A DNA stretch of 64,000 bases from an uncultured Bdellovibrio sp. (GTDB lineage Bacteria; Bdellovibrionota; Bdellovibrionia; Bdellovibrionales; Bdellovibrionaceae), in assembly GCA_963932905.1 (NCBI GenBank), contig CAWVRN010000015.1, forward strand, positions 35,595 through 99,594. Direction: 5' to 3'. The notes under the pieces are model-generated. The model was not told the origin of the DNA and made no database searches. It saw only the letters and a list, made by a program, of their open reading frames with translations. Of this stretch, positions 38,378 through 48,134 are shown piece after piece. Every line of letters begins with the position of its first letter. Positions within the stretch are counted from its first letter, which is position 1. The position numbers and the translations under genes were made by a program.

Positions 38378-39019
38378 TTAAATTTCGCTAGAATCGACTA
38401 ATTTGTATCCACTTTTTCTAGCCAAACTATCGTCTACCATTGCCTTAGCCAATACGTTAGCTGAGGTCATAAACGGTTTTAATTTATCTTGGCCGAATAA
38501 ATTCTCTAACTTTCTGGCAATACCAATGGCAACGGACTCTAAAAACCTAGATTCGTTCCTATCTCCAATTAATAACCCGGGCCTAAATATAGTAGCCGAT
38601 TTCAGGTTCATATTTAGAACAGCGTTGTCAGCTTCACCTTTCGTCTGGTTATAGAAAAAACGTGATTTCGGATTTGATCCTTTCGCTGAAACTAATGAGA
38701 AATGTAATGCGTTTTTTTGTTTGGCTAATTCTGCAAAATCAACAACGGCCTGATAATCTACTTTCCTAAATGCTTCTTTATTTCCTGCCTTTTTTATAGT
38801 GGATCCTATGCAGCAGAAGAAGACCGGCGCGTTTAAACTAAGATCCAATTTAGGAATCTCACTAAGGTCTTTTATAAGAATTACGGATTTTTTTTTAAAC
38901 TGAGATTGAATATTTTTTCTGGCAATTAAAAAGATTCTTTCGAATTGGTCAGTTTTGGATAACTCCTCAACTAAAAGGCCCCCAACTAATCCAGTTCCGC
39001 CTAATACTACTGCGTCCAT
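38378..39019 (-). CDS. NAD(P)-binding oxidoreductase (YraR/TIP30-like)
   Basis: GGTGLVG, CCIGSTIKKAG, FYNQTKG, RPGLLIGDR. Confidence 0.88.
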   Translation of the reverse strand: MDAVVLGGTGLVGGLLVEELSKTDQFERIFLIARKNIQSQFKKKSVILIKDLSEIPKLDLSLNAPVFFCCIGSTIKKAGNKEAFRKVDYQAVVDFAELAKQKNALHFSLVSAKGSNPKSRFFYNQTKGEADNAVLNMNLKSATIFRPGLLIGDRNESRFLESVAIGIARKLENLFGQDKLKPFMTSANVLAKAMVDDSLARKSGYKLVDSSEI

Positions 39020-39020
39020 C

Positions 39021-40055
39021 TTATTCACATTCTTTATCAAGATCCGCGATATCTTTGTTTGTAGCTTGTTTGTATCTCTCAGCTAATGTTTGGAATGAAG
39101 ATAAGAAGTTTGCGCTTTTTGTATCTGCAGTTTTAGCAGTTACTTCTACCGCTGAATGGCCAGTTGCACTGTTACCTGCGGCAAAAACACCAATCAATTC
39201 ATTTGGTTTTGCTGAAGCTACGCATCCTCCACCAGACATGCCGGGATAAGCGATTGCGTTAGTAAGGACACCTCTGTCGTAGTTACCATTAAAAATTTTT
39301 GCGTCTTTTTGAAACCAAAGCATTTTATCAGACATATCTTTAGATAACTTGATTTGGTTGTTGTATTCTGGATAACCCCAGCAGTTAACTCTGTCACCTG
39401 CAGCTGAGATTGCATTTGGAGTAGTTTTCAATTTGAAGAAGTTTTTATCGTTTTTATTGTAGTTTTTTAATTTTAAAATTACAAGGTCGCTTTTGCCGAA
39501 AAATCTTCTTTCTAAACATTTACCGCTGTTGTCTTGTTTGCTGCAAACGAAGTCTTTTCCAGCATCAGTCATTTTAAAATAAACTTGAGCGCCAACAGAT
39601 TTTTCGAATAATCTTGCATCACAAGTTTGACCAGAATGGAAATTAATATCAAATTGTTCAGAATCTTTCAGAGCAGGGAAGTCTTGATTGTCTACCTGAA
39701 CGTTTGTGTTTTTATAAAGTAAATGTGCTGACGTGATGATATGGCAGCTAGAAATTTTTTGGCCAGATGCAGCCTCAACACTCGAATCAAAATTTGCTGA
39801 TACAGCGCCTGTAGCATCGTTCATCAACGTATCTTTAGTTCTATCGTGCGGGATTAAACGTTGGCTATTTAGTTCGCGTTGATCTTCGACTGACATTTTA
39901 TCAATATTGCAGTTGTTAACATCTTTATCGAAGCACTCATCAAGTTCTTTAGAAGCAGCGATCAAGTCTTTTACGGCTTGAGTGTCGAAGCATGAATTAC
40001 TTGCTAATACTTGTTGTGTTAGTATCAAAGTGATAATCATTGCTAAGGCTTTCAT
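39021..40055 (-). CDS. Secreted trypsin-like serine protease
   Basis: Signal peptide; ITSAHLL, SDLVILKL, PGMSGG. Confidence 0.75.
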   Translation of the reverse strand: MKALAMIITLILTQQVLASNSCFDTQAVKDLIAASKELDECFDKDVNNCNIDKMSVEDQRELNSQRLIPHDRTKDTLMNDATGAVSANFDSSVEAASGQKISSCHIITSAHLLYKNTNVQVDNQDFPALKDSEQFDINFHSGQTCDARLFEKSVGAQVYFKMTDAGKDFVCSKQDNSGKCLERRFFGKSDLVILKLKNYNKNDKNFFKLKTTPNAISAAGDRVNCWGYPEYNNQIKLSKDMSDKMLWFQKDAKIFNGNYDRGVLTNAIAYPGMSGGGCVASAKPNELIGVFAAGNSATGHSAVEVTAKTADTKSANFLSSFQTLAERYKQATNKDIADLDKECE

Positions 40056-40411
40056 GTAAGCTCCTCGAAATTGCGTGTCTGACTTAGTAAATATCCAAAA
40101 AGCGGTCCAGTCGCAATTTGAATCGTTCTAACCTATTGGTCCCAGTAAGGAATACATGGATTTTGGCGGTGAAATTCTCTTATTGAGATAAATATCAACA
40201 ACTTAGGCGCAAATAGTGTCCTTCACCTTCCCAAAGTTGTTACTTTTGTTATGTTACCGAGAATCAAAACATCCCAAACTAAACCATCTTAATTTAGCGG
40301 AGTTTTTACTATCAAACCTCTAGTTCTGGAAATGTTTCGATAAAATATTTAAATTTCCCCGCATAAAACTGTAAGATTTCAAAGGGAAACAAACTTAACT
40401 ACGGAGTAAAC

Positions 40412-40813
40412 ATGGACGCAGTTGATACAATTAAAAAGTATTTCGACTTTTTTAACCAAGGAAATAATGAAGGCATGATTTCACTTCTTCATGAGGATGT
40501 CGCACACGAAGTAAACCAAGGCGACACAAGAAATGGCCTACCTCTTTTTAAAGAATTCATGAAGCATATGGATACATGTTACAAAGAAAATTTAAGAGAC
40601 ATAACAATCATGTCTTCACCAAGCGTAAAAGATCGTGTATCTGCTGAATTTATTGTTGATGGAACATATTTAAAAACTGACAAAGGTTTGCCTGAAGCAA
40701 GAAATCAAAAATATTCCGTTAGAGCCGGAACCTTTTTCGAACTTAAAAATGGAAAAATTAGTAGAATTACAACTTATTACAATTTGCCTCAATGGATTAA
40801 AGCTGTTCAGTGA
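40412..40813 (+). CDS. SnoaL/ketosteroid-isomerase-like (NTF2) protein
   Basis: YFDFFN..DVAHEVNQG..RVSAEF..GKISRITTYYNL. Confidence 0.82.
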   Translation: MDAVDTIKKYFDFFNQGNNEGMISLLHEDVAHEVNQGDTRNGLPLFKEFMKHMDTCYKENLRDITIMSSPSVKDRVSAEFIVDGTYLKTDKGLPEARNQKYSVRAGTFFELKNGKISRITTYYNLPQWIKAVQ

Positions 40814-41415
40814 TCGAAAAAAATAATTTAAGATTTTTGCACTTAAAAGGTTCTGAGATTGCGAAACATCGAAATGAAATTGCGAAACTCAGAATCGAAA
40901 TTTTTCGAGACTTTCCTTATTTATATGAAGGAGACCTCACATACGAAGAAAAATATTTGAAAGTTTACGAACAGTCTCCAGATAGTATTTTAACTTTGAT
41001 AGTGGATGGGTCAAATGTCGTTGGAGCAACAACAGCCCTTCCACTTTCCCATGAAACCGACTATGTAAAAGAACCATTTATTAAACTGGGCATGAAACAG
41101 GATGAAATATTCTATTTTGGCGAGAGTATTTTGAAAAAAGAATATCGCGGTTTAGGCATCGGAAAGAAATTTTTCCAATTTCGCGAAGATCACGCGATGT
41201 CATTTAATAAATATCGAATAACATGCTTCTGTGCTGTAAACCGCCCCGATGACCACGCTTTTAGGCCGAAAAATTACGTGGCATTAGATTCGTTTTGGAC
41301 TTCTCTAGGATACAGAAAGGAACCTCAATTAACTTCTTCATTTTCCTGGAAGGATATCGGAGATCGAGAAGAATCCTCAAAGCCAATGGTTTATTGGGCA
41401 AAGAAATGGAAATAA
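40810..41415 (+). CDS. GNAT-family acetyltransferase
   Basis: LRIEIFRDFPYLYEG, FYFGESILKKEYRGLGIG. Confidence 0.85.
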   Translation: MIEKNNLRFLHLKGSEIAKHRNEIAKLRIEIFRDFPYLYEGDLTYEEKYLKVYEQSPDSILTLIVDGSNVVGATTALPLSHETDYVKEPFIKLGMKQDEIFYFGESILKKEYRGLGIGKKFFQFREDHAMSFNKYRITCFCAVNRPDDHAFRPKNYVALDSFWTSLGYRKEPQLTSSFSWKDIGDREESSKPMVYWAKKWK

Positions 41416-41416
41416 A

Positions 41417-42316
41417 ATGTTTAACTTAGCTCTAGCGCAATATCCTATTCACTTTTACAAATCAGAAAGCGATTGGAAAGATAATATCGAAATATGGATA
41501 AAAAAAGCAGCCGAACACAAAAGTAATATTTTGGTTTTTCCCGAATACGGTTCCATGGAGCTCGCATCGTTAATACCCAATAACGATGTTATAGATTTGA
41601 AAAAACAATTAGATAAAATTCAAGCACTCCATGACAAGTTTTTGAACTTATATATTCATTTCGCACAGAAATACTCAATCTATATATCTACGCCATCATT
41701 TCCTCTACAGATTAAAAACAAATATTACAATAGAACATATTTAATTTCCCCCGATGGAAAATATGATTTTCAAGACAAACTGCATATGACCCGCTTTGAG
41801 GACGTTTGGGGAATTTCAGCAAGTGAAACAGAGCTCAAAATTTTTAATACTAGATTCGGAAAAATAGGAATACAAACTTGCTTCGATATCGAATTTCCTT
41901 GGCCCAGCAGTTTATTAGCAGCCTCAGGAGTAAAGCTAATCATTTCTCCTAGCTGCACAGAGACTTTTCACGGATTGAACAGAGTTCATACAGGTGCTCG
42001 CGCCCGGTCGTTAGAGAACCAAATTTATGTTGGGGTTTCTCCGGTAGTTGGCACCGCTACATGGTCGCAGGCAGTTGATATTAATAATGGGTACAGCGCC
42101 TTGTACGGCCCTGCAGATTCCGACTTTCCTAAGGATGGAATTATTAATAAAGGAATTTTAAATCATCCAACATGGCTATTCGGCGAAATTGATTTTTCGA
42201 AAATAGACAAAGTTAGAGTAGACGGACAAGTTTTCAATTTCAAGTATAATTCCGAATACCCATGGGAAAAAGCCAAAACTAAAAATCTAGAACTAAAATA
42301 CATAGATTTACTATAA
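41417..42316 (+). CDS. Carbon-nitrogen hydrolase (nitrilase family)
   Basis: VFPEY, QDKLHMT, TCFDIEFP (Glu-Lys-Cys triad). Confidence 0.88.
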   Translation: MFNLALAQYPIHFYKSESDWKDNIEIWIKKAAEHKSNILVFPEYGSMELASLIPNNDVIDLKKQLDKIQALHDKFLNLYIHFAQKYSIYISTPSFPLQIKNKYYNRTYLISPDGKYDFQDKLHMTRFEDVWGISASETELKIFNTRFGKIGIQTCFDIEFPWPSSLLAASGVKLIISPSCTETFHGLNRVHTGARARSLENQIYVGVSPVVGTATWSQAVDINNGYSALYGPADSDFPKDGIINKGILNHPTWLFGEIDFSKIDKVRVDGQVFNFKYNSEYPWEKAKTKNLELKYIDLL

Positions 42317-42369
42317 GATTTTTATAAATGCTATTTCTTGCCAATCATCTAAGATTTTCGAAATTACTA

Positions 42370-45222
42370 TCAGAGCAAAGGATCTTTTCCGACCACTCTT
42401 TTTATACCCTGTGGGACATTAATCAGTTTTGGATCAAAGCCGGTTGTTAACGAGACGTTAGTAAAACCCGCATCCATAATTTCCTGCGCGATTTTTTCCC
42501 CCCTCACTCCATCGCCAAGATTTACATCAACAAAAATTGCAGAATCTCGATCGATATAGGACGCATTCATCCAAAATTCTTTTGCATTTGAAAAACACAA
42601 AATTGAAACCTCTTTTTTTGCTGCAGCCATTTTCCAAGTAGTATGGATAATCGATTTATCATCATCAATTAAAACCGCTGAATACTTTTTTAATTCACTT
42701 TCAAAAGAGAATGGAACAAACGCAGCCAAGGTTTTTGGTAACATTTGAACTCCAAGGCTTTCAGATTTTATGCTAACATTTGATTCCTCAAATCGTGACG
42801 TTACTAAAATTGACTTTTCCTGAATTCCTAATTGCTCAATGATTGCAAGTCCATTCCTTGGTTGATTTAAAAGTTCAAAATCAATCAAGAACAAAGACAC
42901 GCTATCTCTATTGCCATTTTCGAGCCATTGTTCAAATTTTTCTCCCGATGAAAAAGTCACATGAGACACCGATTTATGAAATATAGAGTTTAGTGTTTGT
43001 ATCCTGCCCGACCAAATTTGATGAATTGTTTGATCATCGTCGACGGAAACTATAACATCGTTTGGTTTTAACTTAATAAATTTAACGAACCATTGAGGAG
43101 TAGAACATCTCGGAAGCATTATGCTTACCTTAGTGCCAACTCCAACTGTAGATTCGATTGAAAAACGACCGCCCAAATTTTCGATTGTCTTCTTCGCGTG
43201 GTAAATTCCAAGACCTGATCCTCCAGTTGTGCCCGCTTTTCCATGAGTGACTCCAAGATCTCCTAACCGCTCTAAAATTTCCGGTGGGATACCCACGCCA
43301 TTATCACAAACAGTAATTACAACCTCGTTTTCAAATCCATTGATTGAAACAGAGACTACACCGTCAATTGAGATAGCTTCAGCAGAATTATTTATTAGAT
43401 TGGAAATAACCCTAGAAAATTCTACTGGATTTAGATTTGCAAATAATCCATAACCATCATTCAGTTCTCCCGAAATTTCCAGATTTAATCTTTCTCTAAA
43501 CTGAACCCTTTTCTCACTCAGGATGGAGTCGAGCAAAGCAACTAGCATAATTGGAGTAGCTGCTTGAATCACATTATACCCATCTCCTACAAGTAATTCT
43601 CTGGTACCTTTCTTTAATAATCCATTTGCAATATCGTTAATACGTTGGGTAGCATTTCTGATTATCAATCGATAGTCTTCGGGTAATTCTTTAATTTCTC
43701 CAAGCACCATATTAAGTGCGGCTAGCGGAGAACGGATATCATGAGATATTTGAGCATTAATTTCGTTTTCAGCTTTCAAAATCTCTTGCTGAACTCTAGT
43801 CTCTTTATAAACAATCTCACTTTCTTTAAGGTTTTTAAGTTCATCAGATATCTCCCTCAATTCGCCTGAAGCCCTTTCGAAGTCTTTACTTAAAAAGTCA
43901 TCTAAACTTATTTTACCAAAGTTTTTTATCAGGAAAAGCAATTGCCTTAGAGGATTTACAACCATTCTATTTAATAAAATAAAACTAGTTGTGATGAAAA
44001 CACATAGCAATATGGCAATTAGGAACAAAATACGATCGCTAAAATTTTTTGAATTCTCTACCGATTCGAATGAACTCTTAGCCAGTGAATTAAATTTCTT
44101 TTCAAAATTACTTGTAAAACCATCAATATAATTTGAATCAAGTAAAAATACGATACTCCAGTTGGCACGAGGCAATCTACGCTTAAAAACAAAGTAATTT
44201 TTGTTTCTAAATTCAAATTTTGAATACTTTACGTCTTCGATTGCATTATAAGATATATGTTCTTCTTTTGAAAAAAAAGACGAACTAGAAATAAATTTAG
44301 GTATATCTTTCCAATCACCCATTAAATCTTCATCATCACGCTTGAAAATTACTTGATTCGACTCGTTCAAAATGAGAATTGGCAACATACTCTTGTCGAT
44401 ATTTATATTTATAATGTCCCTAATTAGTTTCTCAACAACAATATCGGCAGCCGACACAAATAAAGGCTCGTTCGTGTTGCTGCCATAAGTTGCTTTAGCG
44501 ACAGTTAGAACCAAAGACTTATTCCCAGTATCGAAGTATGGCTCTGTCCAAACGGCTTCACCCTTGTTTTTATGAGCTTTTTGATACCAAGGACGTGTTC
44601 TAGGATCGTACCCATCCGGCTCCGAGAAGTTTCCAGGAAAATTAAGAACAGACCCATCTTTTTGAAATCCCACGTATGTCCAGAGGATACTGTTATACTT
44701 CCCGTAAAAGGCTTTTAAGAAAGGGGTTAGTCGCCAATACATTTGATTATATAGGCTTATAAGATTTGAATCATAAATCAGAATATCTGGAAATTCGAAA
44801 GATACTGGGTTTAAAAAATTTTTGTCTTTTTTTAGAGTCTTCTTAAATTCCAATTTCTTTGAAAACGCAATTGGGTCAATATCTGAGTTAGGTGTCACAT
44901 CTATACGGTGATGATCATATATGTCTTTTGTAGCAGTTGCCAAGACGTCCACATTTCTTTCAAGATTATTAAAAATTAATGATATTCGCTCAATTTTCTC
45001 ATCAATTAAACTTGAAATCACGTCTAGGCGATTTGCTTTTACGTCGGCGAGATAATTGTCATTGAACGATGAAACGATATCTTCTTTAAAATGAAGAACT
45101 ACTCGATTAATTGTTGTCCTAAAAAGATAAGAACTAATCCCAAATCCAACAACAAATAGTACGGTGATTGCAAAAAACAACAAAAAGATTTTGGATGGAA
45201 TAGTTCTAAAGTGAAATTTCAT
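42370..45222 (-). CDS. Cache-domain sensor histidine kinase with receiver-like domains
   Basis: YDPRTRPWY, WTEPYFD, SHDIRSPL, NLINNS, DNGVG, GSGLG, VDDD and LIDDD. Confidence 0.9.
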   Translation of the reverse strand: MKFHFRTIPSKIFLLFFAITVLFVVGFGISSYLFRTTINRVVLHFKEDIVSSFNDNYLADVKANRLDVISSLIDEKIERISLIFNNLERNVDVLATATKDIYDHHRIDVTPNSDIDPIAFSKKLEFKKTLKKDKNFLNPVSFEFPDILIYDSNLISLYNQMYWRLTPFLKAFYGKYNSILWTYVGFQKDGSVLNFPGNFSEPDGYDPRTRPWYQKAHKNKGEAVWTEPYFDTGNKSLVLTVAKATYGSNTNEPLFVSAADIVVEKLIRDIININIDKSMLPILILNESNQVIFKRDDEDLMGDWKDIPKFISSSSFFSKEEHISYNAIEDVKYSKFEFRNKNYFVFKRRLPRANWSIVFLLDSNYIDGFTSNFEKKFNSLAKSSFESVENSKNFSDRILFLIAILLCVFITTSFILLNRMVVNPLRQLLFLIKNFGKISLDDFLSKDFERASGELREISDELKNLKESEIVYKETRVQQEILKAENEINAQISHDIRSPLAALNMVLGEIKELPEDYRLIIRNATQRINDIANGLLKKGTRELLVGDGYNVIQAATPIMLVALLDSILSEKRVQFRERLNLEISGELNDGYGLFANLNPVEFSRVISNLINNSAEAISIDGVVSVSINGFENEVVITVCDNGVGIPPEILERLGDLGVTHGKAGTTGGSGLGIYHAKKTIENLGGRFSIESTVGVGTKVSIMLPRCSTPQWFVKFIKLKPNDVIVSVDDDQTIHQIWSGRIQTLNSIFHKSVSHVTFSSGEKFEQWLENGNRDSVSLFLIDFELLNQPRNGLAIIEQLGIQEKSILVTSRFEESNVSIKSESLGVQMLPKTLAAFVPFSFESELKKYSAVLIDDDKSIIHTTWKMAAAKKEVSILCFSNAKEFWMNASYIDRDSAIFVDVNLGDGVRGEKIAQEIMDAGFTNVSLTTGFDPKLINVPQGIKRVVGKDPLL

Positions 45223-45318
45223 ATTTAGTTATATAAAAATCTGCTATATATTAAATCGTTAACTAACGAAAAATATGATAGCATCGGCAAATCTTTTGCC
45301 CAATTGAAAAGGATCAAT

Positions 45319-45642
45319 ATGAAAAATTTGCTAAGACTTTCATTTTACGTCCCACAAACGCATTTAGAGGTTGTTAAAAGCGCTTTATTCTCGGCAGGTG
45401 CTGGCAGATATAAAAATTACGATCGTTGTTGCTGGGCAACTTTGGGTGAAGGCCAATTCCGACCCCTTGCCTCAAGTAATCCTTATATTGGACATGAAAA
45501 TATTATTGAAAAAGTGCCAGAATATAAGGTTGAGATGGTTTGCGAAGAAAGCTGTTTAAAAAGTGCTTTAAAAGCATTGAAAGACACTCATCCCTATGAA
45601 GAACCAGCGTTCGAGTTTTATAAAATTAATTCTAGTATTTAA
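45319..45642 (+). CDS. YqfO/NIF3-like PII-like protein
   Basis: ALFSAGAG..YDRCC..GEGQFRP..HPYEEPA. Confidence 0.85.
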   Translation: MKNLLRLSFYVPQTHLEVVKSALFSAGAGRYKNYDRCCWATLGEGQFRPLASSNPYIGHENIIEKVPEYKVEMVCEESCLKSALKALKDTHPYEEPAFEFYKINSSI

Positions 45643-45759
45643 TTCTGCACATGAGACTTCTGTTACTTTTAAAAATGTCTCAATTCGATATACTGAGTAA
45701 TTTTCTTTCGTTTTCCAAATTTTATCCCGATAACTAAATATCCCAACAAGGAAATCATT

Positions 45760-46191
45760 ATGTATAAATATGCCTTAGCATTTTCCCTACTCATCTCCCT
45801 CCCATCATTCTCCCAGACTTCCGCTGAGTCAGCAGCCGCCATGAAAGACACTCAGAATCTAATTAGCGATCCTGCTCGTAGAAAGTCAGTGATCGCTGAT
45901 GATCCTAAAGCGAAATCAGTTGATGATATGGTAAATAAATTAGCGGGAGAAGATTCTGGGGAATTGTATTCTATCTCTGCTGATATTCTTCCGATATTGA
46001 TGGAAATGAATCAAGATAATCCAGAAAAGGCCCTTGAATCCCTCACTTCATATTCTAAAAACCCGGCTGAGTTTTTATCTTCTTTGCCGCCTAACATTCG
46101 CGAGCGCATTGAAAAACTCTCTAAAAAACTAGAATCTAAAATGGACGCTAAGGAAATTCAAAAGCTTCAGAAAAATCAGAAGAAACCATAA
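45760..46191 (+). CDS. Hypothetical secreted protein
   Basis: Signal peptide; RBS AAGGA. Confidence 0.7.
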   Translation: MYKYALAFSLLISLPSFSQTSAESAAAMKDTQNLISDPARRKSVIADDPKAKSVDDMVNKLAGEDSGELYSISADILPILMEMNQDNPEKALESLTSYSKNPAEFLSSLPPNIRERIEKLSKKLESKMDAKEIQKLQKNQKKP

Positions 46192-46252
46192 TTGATTTGA
46201 GTCCCCGTTCGTTTTGTTTTTATAATCAAATCTAAATGCGAGGCTCCTTCAA

Positions 46253-46867
46253 ATGACAAAGTTTCTTTTCCTCTCTATTTTTTTCTTCACCTGGTTTTCC
46301 TTCAATGTTAATGCTGATGCCAAACCTGTAAAGAAGAAGAAAGAAATGACTACATCAAACGATACTGCAAAGAAAACTGAAACGGCCCTTCTTGCTGGTG
46401 GTTGTTTCTGGGGCGTGGAAGAATTAATTCGTACTCAGCCTGGCGTTATCTCTACCCAAGTTGGTTACACAGGTGGCGTGATTCCAAATCCTACTTACGA
46501 AATCGTTAAAAAGGGAACATCTGGTCATGCCGAAGCCATCGAAATTCAATTCGATCCACAAAAAACTTCGTACGAAAATATTTTGAAATATTTTTTTAAA
46601 ATTCATGATCCGACCACTTTAAATCAACAAGGTAACGATCGTGGTTCACAATATCGTTCCGCCATCTTTTTCCTATCTCCTGATCAAGAAATAACTGCTA
46701 AAAAGGTCAAAGAACTGGTCGACGCATCTGGAGCCTGGAAAAAGCCCGTCGTCACTGAGATCGTCGCTGCTGGTCCGTTCTACAGCGCTGAAACCTATCA
46801 CCAAGACTACCTTCAAAAGAATCCCGGCGGTTACACGTGTCACTGGGTGCGTGATATAAAATTTTGA
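46253..46867 (+). CDS. msrA: Peptide methionine sulfoxide reductase A, with signal-peptide-like N-terminus
   Basis: AGGCFWG, GHAEAI, QGNDRGSQYRSAIF, AETYHQDY. Confidence 0.95.
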   Translation: MTKFLFLSIFFFTWFSFNVNADAKPVKKKKEMTTSNDTAKKTETALLAGGCFWGVEELIRTQPGVISTQVGYTGGVIPNPTYEIVKKGTSGHAEAIEIQFDPQKTSYENILKYFFKIHDPTTLNQQGNDRGSQYRSAIFFLSPDQEITAKKVKELVDASGAWKKPVVTEIVAAGPFYSAETYHQDYLQKNPGGYTCHWVRDIKF

Positions 46868-46876
46868 GGCTAAATT

Positions 46877-47755
46877 TTAAATTATTTTCATTTTACTTGC
46901 TAAGAAATTTGAATACTCGCGCCAGTTATCTAGTAGCTGGTTATTGACGTCGTTAAATTCAACTAGTTGGTCAACCGTAATGCTCCCGCTAGTCATAAAA
47001 ATCTCCGACATAACCAACAGACGGCGAATCACTTTCTTATCAAACGCACTTTCTTTCGATAACACCTCTAGAGTGGACATATACTTGGGTAATCCCGACA
47101 TGAGTAGCGGTAGGAACATTCCATGTTTAGAATGATCCATCTCCATTATCTGGCCGCTCGAAATAACACCGTTTAATACATTTCCAATTTCATGAGCCGT
47201 ATTAGAAAGTTGCAACTCTTGCTTTAAATATTCAGAAGTCCAATCCAAATGTGCTTGGCTTTCTTTGAACGGCACATACTTGGTGTGACTTGCATCCCAT
47301 AAATCATTTTTGCTGACATAGTCCCTCATGGCCTTAATATCATTGTGATAGGGAACTTCGCCATATGATTGGTGCTTGGTTGATTTAAAATACTCTCCGC
47401 TGATATCATTAACAGCTACCAGAAGGTTTTTACCGCCAGCCTTTTCGCGCAAAGAAAACTCGCCCATCCACAATGTTTTAACTACGGGATTTGTTTCTTC
47501 ATATTTCAAAATAATGCTTCTTATGGCAGACTCATGGCCAGGACCCCAAGAATTTGGAACATAAACTAACGATTGTTTTCCATCTGTCAATTCTACGAGT
47601 ACGCCAGAATAAGCTATTTGTGGAAAATTTGTTGGATTGGCATAGACAGACCGACACCTGAACCCGATGTCTTTAGCTTGGGACCATACTGAACTAAAAG
47701 AAACTCCCATAAAAATAAATAGAAATAAAAGCAAATGCCCTTGCTGTTTTTGCAT
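46877..47755 (-). CDS. Hypothetical secreted protein
   Basis: Signal peptide; degenerate sigma54 site at 47768-47783. Confidence 0.7.
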   Translation of the reverse strand: MQKQQGHLLLFLFIFMGVSFSSVWSQAKDIGFRCRSVYANPTNFPQIAYSGVLVELTDGKQSLVYVPNSWGPGHESAIRSIILKYEETNPVVKTLWMGEFSLREKAGGKNLLVAVNDISGEYFKSTKHQSYGEVPYHNDIKAMRDYVSKNDLWDASHTKYVPFKESQAHLDWTSEYLKQELQLSNTAHEIGNVLNGVISSGQIMEMDHSKHGMFLPLLMSGLPKYMSTLEVLSKESAFDKKVIRRLLVMSEIFMTSGSITVDQLVEFNDVNNQLLDNWREYSNFLASKMKII

Positions 47756-47973
47756 ATGTAATAATTTAGCAAGGCCTATTCCCCCCTCTATTAGCTCTCT
47801 ATTCGTTTAGATCAAGTCAGGAGCCCATTTATGGGCTTCCTCTGTAATGATATTGAACAACGAATTCGCTCTTTTACATCTAGTCAGTCGAGCCCAATTT
47901 AGAGGGTTAAACTCTTTAACGAATTGCGTCGCGTTATCGGATGAATGCCTACAGAATCTAAGTTAGACCAGAG

Positions 47974-48071
47974 ATGCCGGGTCCCATACAATGGCTTTGA
48001 TGACGAACCCCGCTAGGTCCGGAAGGAAGCAACGGTACTCGTCGAACCATGTGATATGGGGTGCTCGGCAT
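47974..48071 (+). ncRNA. ffs: Signal recognition particle 4.5S RNA
   Basis: CCGCTAGGTCCGGAAGGAAGCAACGG domain IV inside a long hairpin; located upstream of dnaX. Confidence 0.92.
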
Positions 48072-48134
48072 TTTTATTTTCCAACGTAGCTGGGTTATAT
48101 CCTAAGGATATGTCCTAAAAAGAAAGACGCGCTA

